A stretch of 64,000 bases of DNA from Candidatus Omnitrophota bacterium (GTDB lineage Bacteria > Omnitrophota > Gorgyraeia > Aquiviventales > Aquiviventaceae): positions 6,602-70,601 of the forward strand of contig JAHFGV010000007.1 of assembly GCA_023247255.1 (NCBI GenBank). The letters are read 5' to 3'. The translations under genes and the position numbers were made by a program. Positions 9,768 to 18,930 of this stretch are shown in pieces; the first letter of the stretch is position 1; every line of letters starts with the position of its first letter. The notes beneath the pieces were generated by a model, which was given only the letters and a program-made list of their open reading frames with translations, was not told the origin of the DNA and made no database searches.

Positions 9768-10876
9768 AAATTCTGGTCACAGGGGGTGCTGGGTTCATCG
9801 GTTCACATCTGGTGGACAGATTACTCAGCGAGGGACATGCGATACGCATACTCGACAACTTTGAAGCCCAGGTTCACGAGGGTAACCGGCCGGCCTATCT
9901 CAACCCCGACGCTGAATATCTGCAAGGGGATGTTCGGGATCGAGACTGTCTGCGTCGTGCGCTCGAAGGTGTGGAGGTGGTTTTTCACGAAGCCGCCTGT
10001 GTCGGGGTCGGGCAGTCGATGTACCAAATCGAGAAATACGTCTCGGCCAACGTGCTGGGAACGGCCATCCTCTTGGATTGTATCGTCAATGACCGTATCC
10101 CGTTGAAAAAGCTGATTGTCGCCAGCTCCATGAGTATCTATGGAGAAGGCCAGTATCTCTGTGCCGGCTGCGGAGTCATCTATCCTTCTTTGCGAGCGCT
10201 CGATCAGCTCAAGGAGCGGAAATGGGAAATGCACTGTCACCGATGCGGTTCCATCGCCAAGCCTCAGCCCACACCAGAGACAAAACCGCTCGTACCCACT
10301 TCGGTGTACGCGGTTTCTAAACGGGATCAGGAAGAGCTATGCCTGTCCGTGGGACGCAGCTATCACATCCCTACCGTTGCCCTGCGGTACTTCAACGTCT
10401 ACGGGCCTCGCCAGTCCCTTTCCAATCCCTATACGGGGGTGTGCGCCATTTTTTCTGCCAGGATTAAAAATCACCGTCCTCCTCTCATTTTCGAGGATGG
10501 CTTGCAGACACGAGACTTCATCCACGTCCGTGATATCGTACAGGCCAACGTCTTGGTCATGCAGAATCCGCAAGCCGATTACGAAACATTCAATGTGGGC
10601 ACAGGACAGGCCCTTCCCATCGTCCAGATCGCGCGTCTGTTGAGTGAGCTTTATGAAATCCCTCAAGTTCCCGAGATCAGCTCGAAGTATCGCGCCGGTG
10701 ACATCCGACACTGCTATGCGGACGTCTCGAAGCTGACTGCGCTGGGCTTTCGCCCATCCGTAAGTTTGTCCGATGGCCTCAGGGAACTGGTTGGCTGGGG
10801 CCGCCAGATTAATGCGCAGGATCGTGTTGAGGAAGCGGCCAAAGAACTTCAGGTTAGGGGATTGGCACAAGGATGA
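9764..10876 (+). CDS. NAD-dependent epimerase/dehydratase carrying a Cys4 (zinc-ribbon-like) insertion
   Basis: MKILVTGGAGFIGSHLVDRLL, the YAVSK catalytic dyad and YFNVYGPRQ are present. A ~35-aa insert CAGCGVIYPSLRALDQLKERKWEMHCHRCG lies between the core strands. I chose ATG 9764 over the 9518 extension in the ORF track. Confidence 0.75.
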   Translation: MKILVTGGAGFIGSHLVDRLLSEGHAIRILDNFEAQVHEGNRPAYLNPDAEYLQGDVRDRDCLRRALEGVEVVFHEAACVGVGQSMYQIEKYVSANVLGTAILLDCIVNDRIPLKKLIVASSMSIYGEGQYLCAGCGVIYPSLRALDQLKERKWEMHCHRCGSIAKPQPTPETKPLVPTSVYAVSKRDQEELCLSVGRSYHIPTVALRYFNVYGPRQSLSNPYTGVCAIFSARIKNHRPPLIFEDGLQTRDFIHVRDIVQANVLVMQNPQADYETFNVGTGQALPIVQIARLLSELYEIPQVPEISSKYRAGDIRHCYADVSKLTALGFRPSVSLSDGLRELVGWGRQINAQDRVEEAAKELQVRGLAQG

Positions 10877-12051
10877 GTCCCACCGTAACCCCAAACGTTC
10901 CTGGGACTATCCGCGCAGATCCTATCTGCGATTTGGTTCTCCTTAGCTGGAATCAATGGGAACAGACCGGGCCCTGCCTGGAAACCCTTTTCCAGAATAC
11001 GATTATCCCTTCCCGGCTGTTCATCGTCGATAACGCAAGCGAACAACCGGTAAGGGCGTTTCTTTCAGACGTCAAGCCGCAGGGAGCCATCCTGGAAGTC
11101 AGGCTTCTCCAGAACGAAAAGAACGAAGGGTTCCCGAAAGGAATGAACCGAGGAATCCAGGAATCGACCGCTCCTTTTGTTTGTCTTTTGAACAATGACC
11201 TGCGTTTTACCAAAGGCTGGCTGAAAGAGTTGTTGGACATCGCCCGGAGCAACCCGACGATTGGTGTGCTTAACCCAAGCAGCAGCACCTTCGGGAAAAT
11301 TCCTCCTCGAGGTGTCTCCTTGCAGGAATATGCCGAGAGTCTGCAAAGCCGGCATGGCCAGTTCACGGAAGTGGGCATGTGCATCGGTTTTTGCATGCTC
11401 ATCAAACGAGAGGTACTCACCCGCATCGGTCGGCTCACTGAGGAAGTGGAGCGGATTTTCTTTGAAGATGAAGATTTCTGCATGCGCGTCCAAGCGGCGG
11501 GATACCAATGTGTCGTTGCTGAAGCGTCTTACGTCTATCACGCCGAGCACAAAACCGTCCGTCACATGCCCGAGCGCGAAGCGCTGTTTGAACGTAACCA
11601 GCGCTGGTGCCACAAAAAATGGGGCCGCTGGCTGCGCGTGGCTTGGCCGCAGGTCCGGCCTTTGGTCCCTCACTCGGAGCCGCTGCGCCAATGGCTTCAA
11701 CAGGTTCTAGAGCTGGTCAAGAATCGCACGTACGTCTATGTGTATTGTCCTGTGTCTGTTTCCCTCACCAAAGAAGCTGCTTTTCGATCGGTGAATCTCA
11801 CGGTGCATGCCGATGTTCACTGGCATCGCATTGCTGGGTTTTTGCCCTCCTGGATAGCAACAGGCTGGATTCTCAAACGGCAGAAAAAACACTTTGACAT
11901 CATCATCGCCCCCACCGTACGGTGGCAGAAAATCCTGGAGTTTCTCAGATGGCGTCACCGTGCTCACGTGATCCTGGAAGGGGATTCCCATCGCCTCCAA
12001 GAGCTGATGAGCCTTCTCAGAGGCCCTGTTAAAGAGCAACGGATGCCATGA
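10873..12051 (+). CDS. family 2 glycosyltransferase (GT-A fold)
   Basis: DLVLLSWNQWEQTGPCLETL...IVDNASEQ...VCLLNNDLRFTKGWL is a GT2 core with the DxD-type region. Start overlaps the upstream stop. Confidence 0.7.
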   Translation: MSPTVTPNVPGTIRADPICDLVLLSWNQWEQTGPCLETLFQNTIIPSRLFIVDNASEQPVRAFLSDVKPQGAILEVRLLQNEKNEGFPKGMNRGIQESTAPFVCLLNNDLRFTKGWLKELLDIARSNPTIGVLNPSSSTFGKIPPRGVSLQEYAESLQSRHGQFTEVGMCIGFCMLIKREVLTRIGRLTEEVERIFFEDEDFCMRVQAAGYQCVVAEASYVYHAEHKTVRHMPEREALFERNQRWCHKKWGRWLRVAWPQVRPLVPHSEPLRQWLQQVLELVKNRTYVYVYCPVSVSLTKEAAFRSVNLTVHADVHWHRIAGFLPSWIATGWILKRQKKHFDIIIAPTVRWQKILEFLRWRHRAHVILEGDSHRLQELMSLLRGPVKEQRMP

Positions 12052-12890
12052 CAAATCCTTCTGCCGACATCTGCCATCCGGAATCTCACCCACAAGGACT
12101 CCCTGGCAAGGCATCTTTGTCCGTCGTGATTTTGGCGAAGAACGAAGAAAGCCGCATCCGTGATTGCCTCCAAAGTGTCCAATGGGCCGATGAAAGATTA
12201 GTTGTGGATGATGAAAGCCAGGACAATACGGTAGCCCTTGCCCGTTCCTTGGGTGCCCGCGTACTTGAGCGAAAGATGGATATCGAAGGCCGGCATCGCA
12301 ACTGGGCTTACGCTCAGGCTTCCCACGAATGGGTTCTCAGCCTCGATGCGGATGAGAGGGTCAGTCCTGAGCTGGCACAAGAAATCCAGGATCTTTTGGC
12401 AAATCCCGCTGCTGCTTTTGAAACCTATGCGATTCCCCGACGTAATTATTTCAAAGATCGGTGGATTCGATACGGGGGCTGGTACCCGAGCGCACAGATG
12501 AAGCTGTTCAAAAAATCCGTCTTCCGATGGGAAGAAACTACGGTGCATCCCCGTGCCATTTCCGACCGGCCCTGGGGCACCTTGACGAGTGACCTCATTC
12601 ATTTCTCCTATCGCGATCGCGACGATTTTCTCGTCAAGCTCCAACGTCACACAACGCTGGAAGCCCAGAAATGGGTTGCGGACGGACGGCGCATGAGCTT
12701 GGCTAAGGCCCTCTGGCGGACGGTCGACCGATTCGTACGCAGCTACATCCTCAAGCAGGGTTACCGGGATGGAAGACTGGGTTTTTTTCTAGCACGGATG
12801 GCAGGCACCTATCAATGGCTCAGCTACCGAAAATTCATTCAGCTTAAAAGGGACGCGCTGACGATTACAAGTGATACCGACGTACAATGA
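12048..12890 (+). CDS. family 2 glycosyltransferase (LPS-core WaaE/KdtX-like module)
   Basis: LSVVILAKNEESRIRDCLQSVQWADERLVVDDESQDNT...LSLDADERV...YGGWYP. This module is paralogous to the two C-terminal modules of the 14606 gene. Confidence 0.7.
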   Translation: MTNPSADICHPESHPQGLPGKASLSVVILAKNEESRIRDCLQSVQWADERLVVDDESQDNTVALARSLGARVLERKMDIEGRHRNWAYAQASHEWVLSLDADERVSPELAQEIQDLLANPAAAFETYAIPRRNYFKDRWIRYGGWYPSAQMKLFKKSVFRWEETTVHPRAISDRPWGTLTSDLIHFSYRDRDDFLVKLQRHTTLEAQKWVADGRRMSLAKALWRTVDRFVRSYILKQGYRDGRLGFFLARMAGTYQWLSYRKFIQLKRDALTITSDTDVQ

Positions 12891-13035
12891 AGCCTCACGC
12901 ATTGCGTGGCAGTACAGCGCACGGTGGGATATCTGCGCTCGCAAGGCCGATTTGAAGTGAATCTTTTCGTTGACCCCTTGCAGATGGCTCAGGAGTTGTG
13001 GCGTATTCGCCGCAACCTTCGTCAGGGTAAGAGCG

Positions 13036-13078
13036 CCTGACATAATGAGCACACGGCCGCGATCATTATGTTAGGCAC
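13036..13078. repeat. minimal copy (TIR-TIR footprint) of the CTAACATAATGA element
   Basis: GCCTGACATAATGA-(14 nt)-TCATTATGTTAGGCAC. This is the same terminal motif as the 1865-2139 element, with almost no interior. Confidence 0.4.
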
Positions 13079-13247
13079 TTTAAGGGTTCGTTAAGAAATA
13101 ACTGCATCCATTTGACCGGGGGCTTTTGACCCATGGCTGCGTTGCTCATCGCTTACATCCTCATCGAGGATGCTCGCTCTTCGCGCCTTGCCCTGAGTCA
13201 AAATCCCCACGGCCAAATAGCGCAGTCATTTCTTAACGAACCCTAAG
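13079..13247. repeat. palindromic intergenic element with ~20-bp terminal inverted repeats (AGGGTTCGTTAAGAAAT)
   Basis: TTAAGGGTTCGTTAAGAAATAACTGC at 13079 and GCAGTCATTTCTTAACGAACCCTAAG at 13222 are reverse complements flanking ~120 bp. Confidence 0.45.
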
Positions 13248-13274
13248 TATCCTGCCGGTGAACCGATGCGGACT

Positions 13275-14531
13275 TCAGGAGCAGGACCGTCGCTGGCACC
13301 AGACAAGGGCGAAGACGGTCAAGCTGAACCAGGGAAGGATCATCAGTACCAAGAAGACATACGACTCTCTGCGAAAATACAGAATCCCTAGGAAACGCCA
13401 AAAAGAACTATGCGTCATGGCGCTCAGAGCAAGAAGCAAAGCCATGGTGATTCCCCAGGCTGGAACCCGGATGAGTTTCTGTGGAGAACTCCAACTCGAT
13501 GCTATCGCAACGGTTACAGGAAGGATTAAAGCGCTATATGAGGAAATCCAGGCCGTTGGAGAACAAAGCACCATCAGGACTATCAACAGGCTGGCATCAT
13601 ATACCGATCGTCTGGATGATTCTTCCTCAGTAGGTTCCGTCTTTGGCCCGATGAGAACCGAGCTAAAGAGAAAAAAAGACACAGTGGCAGCGAGTCCCCA
13701 GAGGGCTGGCTGAGGCAGATTCAGGATATTGAGGTGGTAGGCGTCTTCGGAGAAAAAACGTCCCATGAGCGAGAGCAACGTCTGATTGCCAATTTCAAAA
13801 GCACGCGACTGTCCACTCGACCAAAGGACATGGAGCCAATTTCGGAATAATGCCAGTGGCTCATGGGGAAGTAGGAGGAAAGCGGCGATTCCATTGATCA
13901 GCCCAAAGCAGATCGACGTTCGAAGAAGCAGATCCCAGCGTTTTTTGAATATCCAATAAATAGGAAAGAGCAAGGCGGGTAATTTTAAGGAGATCGCGCA
14001 CGCAAAACCGAAAGCGCTCCACCCAGGCCGATGGATCGTCTGGGCAACCAGGGCTCCAATAATAAGCGCGCTCCAAAGTAAATTGACCTGTCCGGTGAGA
14101 AACTCGGCGCTGATGGAACGCACAAGCAACAAGGTTACGGCGACACCGAGCCATGGCGGCGTTTTCAATGACATTCGCGTGCATAATCGAGCCGCACCAA
14201 CCATTGCCAAAAGCATCCAAACGCACGTCAGGAAAGCCCATATCACGGCTGCTGCTTGCTTCGAAACCCAAGCCAGAGGCAGCCAGAACAGGGCCCAGCA
14301 GGGGGCGTATTTGAACATCATGAGATCGGATGTGGTTGGATCATACAAACCGGCTGCTGATCCCTGGCTGATGCGCTGGGCGATCGTATAGTAGACATCG
14401 AAATCCATCAGGAACGGCGGGAAAAACACAAAGTTTAGGGGAAACCGGGCTAAAAGCACAACGGCAAGAATTCCATACCACAACGAGGCAGGCCATTTCC
14501 AAGGGGAAACAACAATCGAACGTTTCAGCAT
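13275..14531 (-). CDS. polytopic membrane glycosyltransferase (GT87/DUF2029-like)
   Basis: A 418-aa protein with ~10 TM helices. The N-terminal region (LNFVFFPPFLMDFDVYYTIAQRI...GLYDP) resembles DUF2029/GT87 mannosyltransferase-type GT-C enzymes. It is the only minus-strand gene in the glycan region. Confidence 0.5.
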   Translation of the reverse strand: MLKRSIVVSPWKWPASLWYGILAVVLLARFPLNFVFFPPFLMDFDVYYTIAQRISQGSAAGLYDPTTSDLMMFKYAPCWALFWLPLAWVSKQAAAVIWAFLTCVWMLLAMVGAARLCTRMSLKTPPWLGVAVTLLLVRSISAEFLTGQVNLLWSALIIGALVAQTIHRPGWSAFGFACAISLKLPALLFPIYWIFKKRWDLLLRTSICFGLINGIAAFLLLPHEPLALFRNWLHVLWSSGQSRAFEIGNQTLLSLMGRFFSEDAYHLNILNLPQPALWGLAATVSFFLFSSVLIGPKTEPTEEESSRRSVYDASLLIVLMVLCSPTAWISSYSALILPVTVAIASSWSSPQKLIRVPAWGITMALLLALSAMTHSSFWRFLGILYFRRESYVFLVLMILPWFSLTVFALVWCQRRSCS

Positions 14532-14605
14532 TTGATTTGTCCCTCATTATTCCTGAATGTGTCGTGAGGAGCAATTAAAAACTATCATTATGGACACAAC
14601 CCCGA

Positions 14606-17200
14606 ATGCTTAGTCTGATCATTCCTACCTATAAAGAAAGGGAAAACATTGAAGAGTTGTTCAGGCGTATTGAGTCTATAGAGTCACAGCTCGGGGAAGA
14701 ACTGGAACTTTTGATCGTAGACAGCGATTCACCGGACGGCACCTCTGATCTGGCGCGGAATTTGCTGAACGAACACCTAACCGGTGGAGCCCCACGGGAT
14801 GAGCCTGTGGCTCCTAAGAGCACGCCCCGCGTGGGGCGACATCCCGCCCACCCGCTTGTTGAAGCAAACCAACTGGGCCGATGGCCAAAGGCCGAGGCCC
14901 GATGGCGGGGAGGAGCCCCACGGCCAGAGGCCGTGGCCCGATGGCGAGCTCGAGTGATCGATTCTCAGAGCCGTGATCTTACCCGTGCTATCCTTGAAGG
15001 GGTTGGATCTGCCCAGGGAAACCTCATCGGCGTAATGGATGCGGATTTGAGCCATCCTCCCGAGCTTCTGCCGGGACTTGTGCGATCGATCCGAGAGGGA
15101 TATCCATTAGCCATCGCCAGCCGTTACGTGCAAGGCTCCCAAATTGTCCACTGGCCATTAAAGCGCCGCCTGCTCTCTTACCTGGCTAGTCGTTTCGCCC
15201 GGGTATTGGTTTCCGGAATCACCGACCCCATGAGCGGTTATTTTGTCTGCCAGGCGGAACACTTACGCAAGCTTTCTGTGCAATCCTGTGGTTTCAAGAT
15301 CCTTTTGGAGCTTTTGGTAAGAATGGACGTTGCGCGTGTCCGAGAAATACCTTACGTCTTCATCGATCGACGGCAGGGCACCAGTAAACTCCGCGCGTTG
15401 GTTCTCGGCCGCGCCATCGCTCAATGGGTCCGGTTATTTGGATATCGTCTGCGTCATTCTTACCGTCGCTCTCCATCACCTGCGCCGAATCCGGAATCTA
15501 AAGCCGTCCGGTATCATGGAAACACTAGTCAGCGTCAGACTCTTTCCGTAGTCATCTTGACTAAAAACGAGGAGTCACGGATCGCTCGTTGTCTTGCAAG
15601 TGTCCAGTGGGCCGATGAAGTGATTATCGTTGATGGAATGAGCACGGATGGAACTGTGGAAATTTGTCGTCAGTTCGGTGCGCGTGTGATCACGCATCCT
15701 TTTGAAGGAAGCTTCGCCCAGGAGCGTAACCTGGGTCTGGAACATGCCACAAGCGATTGGGCGCTTCAACTGGATGCGGATGACGTTGTGACTCCTGCTT
15801 TTCATAGAGCCGTTGAGCGGATCTTAACTGAACCTTCAAGCCATGACGCTTATAAGTTCAGACGAAAAAGCCACCTGTTGGGACGCTTCATGCGCTATGG
15901 CGGTTGGTACCATTACCTGCCGAACCTCGTTCGTACCCGTGCGGTTCGTTACGAGGGACGGGTACATGAACGCCCCATTGTTCAGGGAAGCCTAGGCCAA
16001 CTGGACGCCGATATCGAACACCATCCGTGTGAAAATCTCGCTCACTTCATGGATCGGCACAATCGTTACACTACCCTCAGCGCCCAGGAACTTCTATCGA
16101 CCTTGGGTCATCAAGACCCCAAGCGGATCATCCCGAAGATCATTCGAAGGCCGTGGAAAAGTTTTTGGAAAACCTTCGTCCGGAAACAGGCTTTTCGAGA
16201 AGGCCTGCATGGCTTGGTCTTTTCCCTTTTTTTCGCCGGCGTAGAGCTTATCAAATGGGTGAAATACTGGGAACTGTGTACGGATCGTTCGGCCTCGTCA
16301 GAGCCATCCCATTTTCTTGAATCCACTGGCTTAAACGCATTGAAAAAACAATCCGCGGATGGCCAGCATTGCGAGCGTCTATCCGTTGTGTTGATGACGA
16401 AAAATGAAGAAGCCCGTCTGAAAAGTTGCCTGGATCGTGTGGTTCACTGGGCGGATGAAATCGTCGTCGTCGATGACCTGAGCACGGACCGAACGGTTGA
16501 AATCGCAAGAATCTACACGGATAAGGTGTTTCTCTATCCTTGCGAGAATAATCACGACCGCCAATGGAACCGGGGTATTCAACACGCAACCGGTGACTGG
16601 ATCCTGCATATCGATGCCGATGAGTGGGTTGGCTCTCAACTGCGAGCAGCCATCGATCTCATCCTCACCCGGCCTCAACCCTATGCAGCTTTTGAGATCA
16701 TGCGGAAAAATCATTTTCTCGGACATCCGATGCGCCAGGGAGGCTGGTACCATCGGCATCGGGTACTTTTCCGACGGACCCGCGCCCGTTGCATCGGAAA
16801 TGGGATACATGTCCAGCTTCAAGTGGACGGCCCTGTAGGATTCCTCAACGCCGAGATCGAGCATTTTCCGTTTTCCAGCATCAGTCAATTCATCGAGCGG
16901 CAAAACCGTTACACCAGCGTTGAGGCACAGGGCCTTCTTGCAGAACGCGGTTCTCTAGCCATGCGCCATTTGTATTACCAACTGACGGTCCGTCCGGTGA
17001 AGCTTTTCTGGAAATCCTACGTCAAGAACCAAGGCTATCGGGAGGGGGCCTATGGACTTGTGTTCGGCTTGCTTTATTCCTTCGTCCACATCCTTCGCTG
17101 GGCAAAATATTGGGAGCTTACTCAGAGCCGTGAGGTTTCTTTGAAAGAAGTCCGTCCCATGAACCCAGAAACCACTGCTGCGCAGGGTGTATACGCATGA
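14606..17200 (+). CDS. 864-aa fusion of three GT2 modules: a DPM1/ArnC-like polyprenyl-phosphate glycosyltransferase plus two WaaE/KdtX-like modules
   Basis: Module 1: LIIPTYKERENIEEL...LIVDSDSPDGT...GVMDADLSHPP. Module 2: LSVVILTKNEESRIARCLASVQWADEVIIVDGMSTDGT...LQLDADD...YGGWYH. Module 3: LSVVLMTKNEEARLKSCLDRVVHWADEIVVVDDLSTDRT...LHIDADE...QGGWYH. Confidence 0.75.
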   Translation: MLSLIIPTYKERENIEELFRRIESIESQLGEELELLIVDSDSPDGTSDLARNLLNEHLTGGAPRDEPVAPKSTPRVGRHPAHPLVEANQLGRWPKAEARWRGGAPRPEAVARWRARVIDSQSRDLTRAILEGVGSAQGNLIGVMDADLSHPPELLPGLVRSIREGYPLAIASRYVQGSQIVHWPLKRRLLSYLASRFARVLVSGITDPMSGYFVCQAEHLRKLSVQSCGFKILLELLVRMDVARVREIPYVFIDRRQGTSKLRALVLGRAIAQWVRLFGYRLRHSYRRSPSPAPNPESKAVRYHGNTSQRQTLSVVILTKNEESRIARCLASVQWADEVIIVDGMSTDGTVEICRQFGARVITHPFEGSFAQERNLGLEHATSDWALQLDADDVVTPAFHRAVERILTEPSSHDAYKFRRKSHLLGRFMRYGGWYHYLPNLVRTRAVRYEGRVHERPIVQGSLGQLDADIEHHPCENLAHFMDRHNRYTTLSAQELLSTLGHQDPKRIIPKIIRRPWKSFWKTFVRKQAFREGLHGLVFSLFFAGVELIKWVKYWELCTDRSASSEPSHFLESTGLNALKKQSADGQHCERLSVVLMTKNEEARLKSCLDRVVHWADEIVVVDDLSTDRTVEIARIYTDKVFLYPCENNHDRQWNRGIQHATGDWILHIDADEWVGSQLRAAIDLILTRPQPYAAFEIMRKNHFLGHPMRQGGWYHRHRVLFRRTRARCIGNGIHVQLQVDGPVGFLNAEIEHFPFSSISQFIERQNRYTSVEAQGLLAERGSLAMRHLYYQLTVRPVKLFWKSYVKNQGYREGAYGLVFGLLYSFVHILRWAKYWELTQSREVSLKEVRPMNPETTAAQGVYA
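14777..14950. repeat. in-frame 174-bp REP-like hairpin repeat inserted in GT2 module 1
   Basis: It contains GCCCCACGGGATGAGCCTGTGGC (the same motif as at 22859, 23012 and 51652) and CCACGGCCAGAGGCCGTGG hairpins. It interrupts the conserved spacing between the DxD-upstream region and the GVMDADLSH motif with 58 low-complexity residues (R/P/A-rich). Confidence 0.5.
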
Positions 17201-17616
17201 GTCCGCCGCAGCTCGGTCCTAACGAAGGGATCGTTTCCCAACGTCCACCTTTCATCGATGGGCGTGGGGAAATCCGGAATCTGCTCGATGTGCCCTTTAC
17301 CAGTGTCGCCGTCATTACATCGGTGAAGGGGGCCATCCGGGGCAATCATTATCACAAGACCGATTATCATTATTGCTGGCTGCAGCGGGGAAGTCTGATT
17401 TACGCGCATCGGCCGGTGGGGGACAAGCGAGCGGCGCGACGATGGGTCATTAAGCCTGGGGACATCTTCTACACCCCAGCGCAATACGAGCATGTGATGG
17501 TTTTTACCGAAGACTCCGTAATGTTTGCGTTTGCGCGCAACAACCGAGAAATGGCAAACTACGAGGCGGATACCGTACGCATTCCCGCATTAGAGTGCGT
17601 CCCGGTACCATCGTAG
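17197..17616 (+). CDS. cupin-fold NDP-sugar 3,4-ketoisomerase (FdtA/QdtA/WxcM-like)
   Basis: A 139-aa cupin with GNHYHKTDYHYCWL (His-rich motif as in FdtA). Start overlaps the upstream stop. Confidence 0.6.
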   Translation: MSPPQLGPNEGIVSQRPPFIDGRGEIRNLLDVPFTSVAVITSVKGAIRGNHYHKTDYHYCWLQRGSLIYAHRPVGDKRAARRWVIKPGDIFYTPAQYEHVMVFTEDSVMFAFARNNREMANYEADTVRIPALECVPVPS

Positions 17617-17640
17617 GAGCCACCCTTAACTATAGATTCC

Positions 17641-18930
17641 ATGAAAACAGGGCATGCCTTTTCAGAAAATATCGATGCCCCATCGACATCCATGCGTCGG
17701 CGGCGGGATTGTCGGCTCTGCGGTTCCGGCAGGCTTCGACACCTTTTTTCGCTAGGTCAAACGCCACCGGCCAATGCGTTTGTAACTGCCGAAAACCGAA
17801 GCCAGCCTCAAGAACATTTCCCGCTAGACGTCCATCTGTGTCAAGAATGCCGGCACGTTCAACTTCTAGACGTCGTCGATCCCGAACTGCTTTTCCGAAA
17901 TTACGTTTACGTTTCCTCCACGTCAACGGTTTTTGTAGAACATTTCCGCCGCTACGCCCGGGCTGTGCTTGATTTGTTACACTTGCCGCCTGGCTGCTGC
18001 GTCATAGAAATCGGCAGCAATGATGGGACGTGTCTGCAATTTTTCAAAGAAGCGGGAATGCGCGTTCTGGGAATCGATCCGGCCTTAGCCATTGCCGCGG
18101 AAGCGACGCGAAAGGGAATCGAGACCGTGCCGGAGTTTTTCAACCTCTCGTTGGCCCAACGGTTGAAGGCTCAAGATTTACAAGCGCATCTTGTGATCGC
18201 CAACAATGTCTTTGCCCACGCGGATGATCTGCATACCATCGTCGATGGTGTTTCTCATCTGTTGAAATCGGATGGCCTGTTCGTCTTTGAAGTCTCCTAC
18301 CTGCTGGACGTCGTTCAGAAGACGCTGTTCGATACCATCTATCATGAACACCTCAGTTACCATACCGTTGGGCCCCTCATCGGATTCTTTGAACGTCATG
18401 GAATGAAACTGGTGGATGTGATTCGAGTAGACAGCCATGGCGGTTCCTTAAGGGGATTGGCACAGCCCAAAGCCGGCCCCCTGCCGGTACACCCGCGCGT
18501 GCAGGAACTCGTGGATCTGGAAGCCCGGTTCGGCCTGCATGATGCGGCCGCCTACCAAGATTTTTTCAACAACGTTCAGAAACGCAAACAGCAGCTCAAC
18601 GAAGTGCTACACCGTTTCAAGAAGCAAGGGAAGCGGATCGCTGGTTTTGGGGCACCGGCGAAGGCAACCACGTTGATGTACCATTTCGGATTAGGTCCGC
18701 AAAGTTTGGATTACATCTTAGATGACAGCCCTTGGAAGCAGGGATTGTACACCCCTGGGCACCATATACCGGTGGTGCCCACCTCATGGTTGTATGAAGA
18801 CGCACGCCGACCCGATGCCGTCTTGATACTGGCGTGGAACTTTGCCAAATCGATCATGAAAAAACACCAGGCGTTTAAAAATGATGGGGGGTGTTTCATC
18901 GTTCCGCTTCCCGACGTCGAGGTTCACTGA
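17641..18930 (+). CDS. NDP-hexose C-methyltransferase (TylCIII-like; N-terminal zinc ribbon plus class I SAM MTase plus C-methyltransferase C-terminal domain)
   Basis: CRLCGSGRL...CQECRHVQL zinc ribbon, VIEIGSNDGTCLQF SAM motif I, and a C-terminal domain typical of sugar 3-C-methyltransferases. Confidence 0.75.
   Translation: MKTGHAFSENIDAPSTSMRRRRDCRLCGSGRLRHLFSLGQTPPANAFVTAENRSQPQEHFPLDVHLCQECRHVQLLDVVDPELLFRNYVYVSSTSTVFVEHFRRYARAVLDLLHLPPGCCVIEIGSNDGTCLQFFKEAGMRVLGIDPALAIAAEATRKGIETVPEFFNLSLAQRLKAQDLQAHLVIANNVFAHADDLHTIVDGVSHLLKSDGLFVFEVSYLLDVVQKTLFDTIYHEHLSYHTVGPLIGFFERHGMKLVDVIRVDSHGGSLRGLAQPKAGPLPVHPRVQELVDLEARFGLHDAAAYQDFFNNVQKRKQQLNEVLHRFKKQGKRIAGFGAPAKATTLMYHFGLGPQSLDYILDDSPWKQGLYTPGHHIPVVPTSWLYEDARRPDAVLILAWNFAKSIMKKHQAFKNDGGCFIVPLPDVEVH

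Noticed and set aside
13258-13713. 151-aa plus-strand ORF
   Set aside because: Lies antisense within the well-supported minus-strand polytopic glycosyltransferase gene (13275-14531); no recognisable features.
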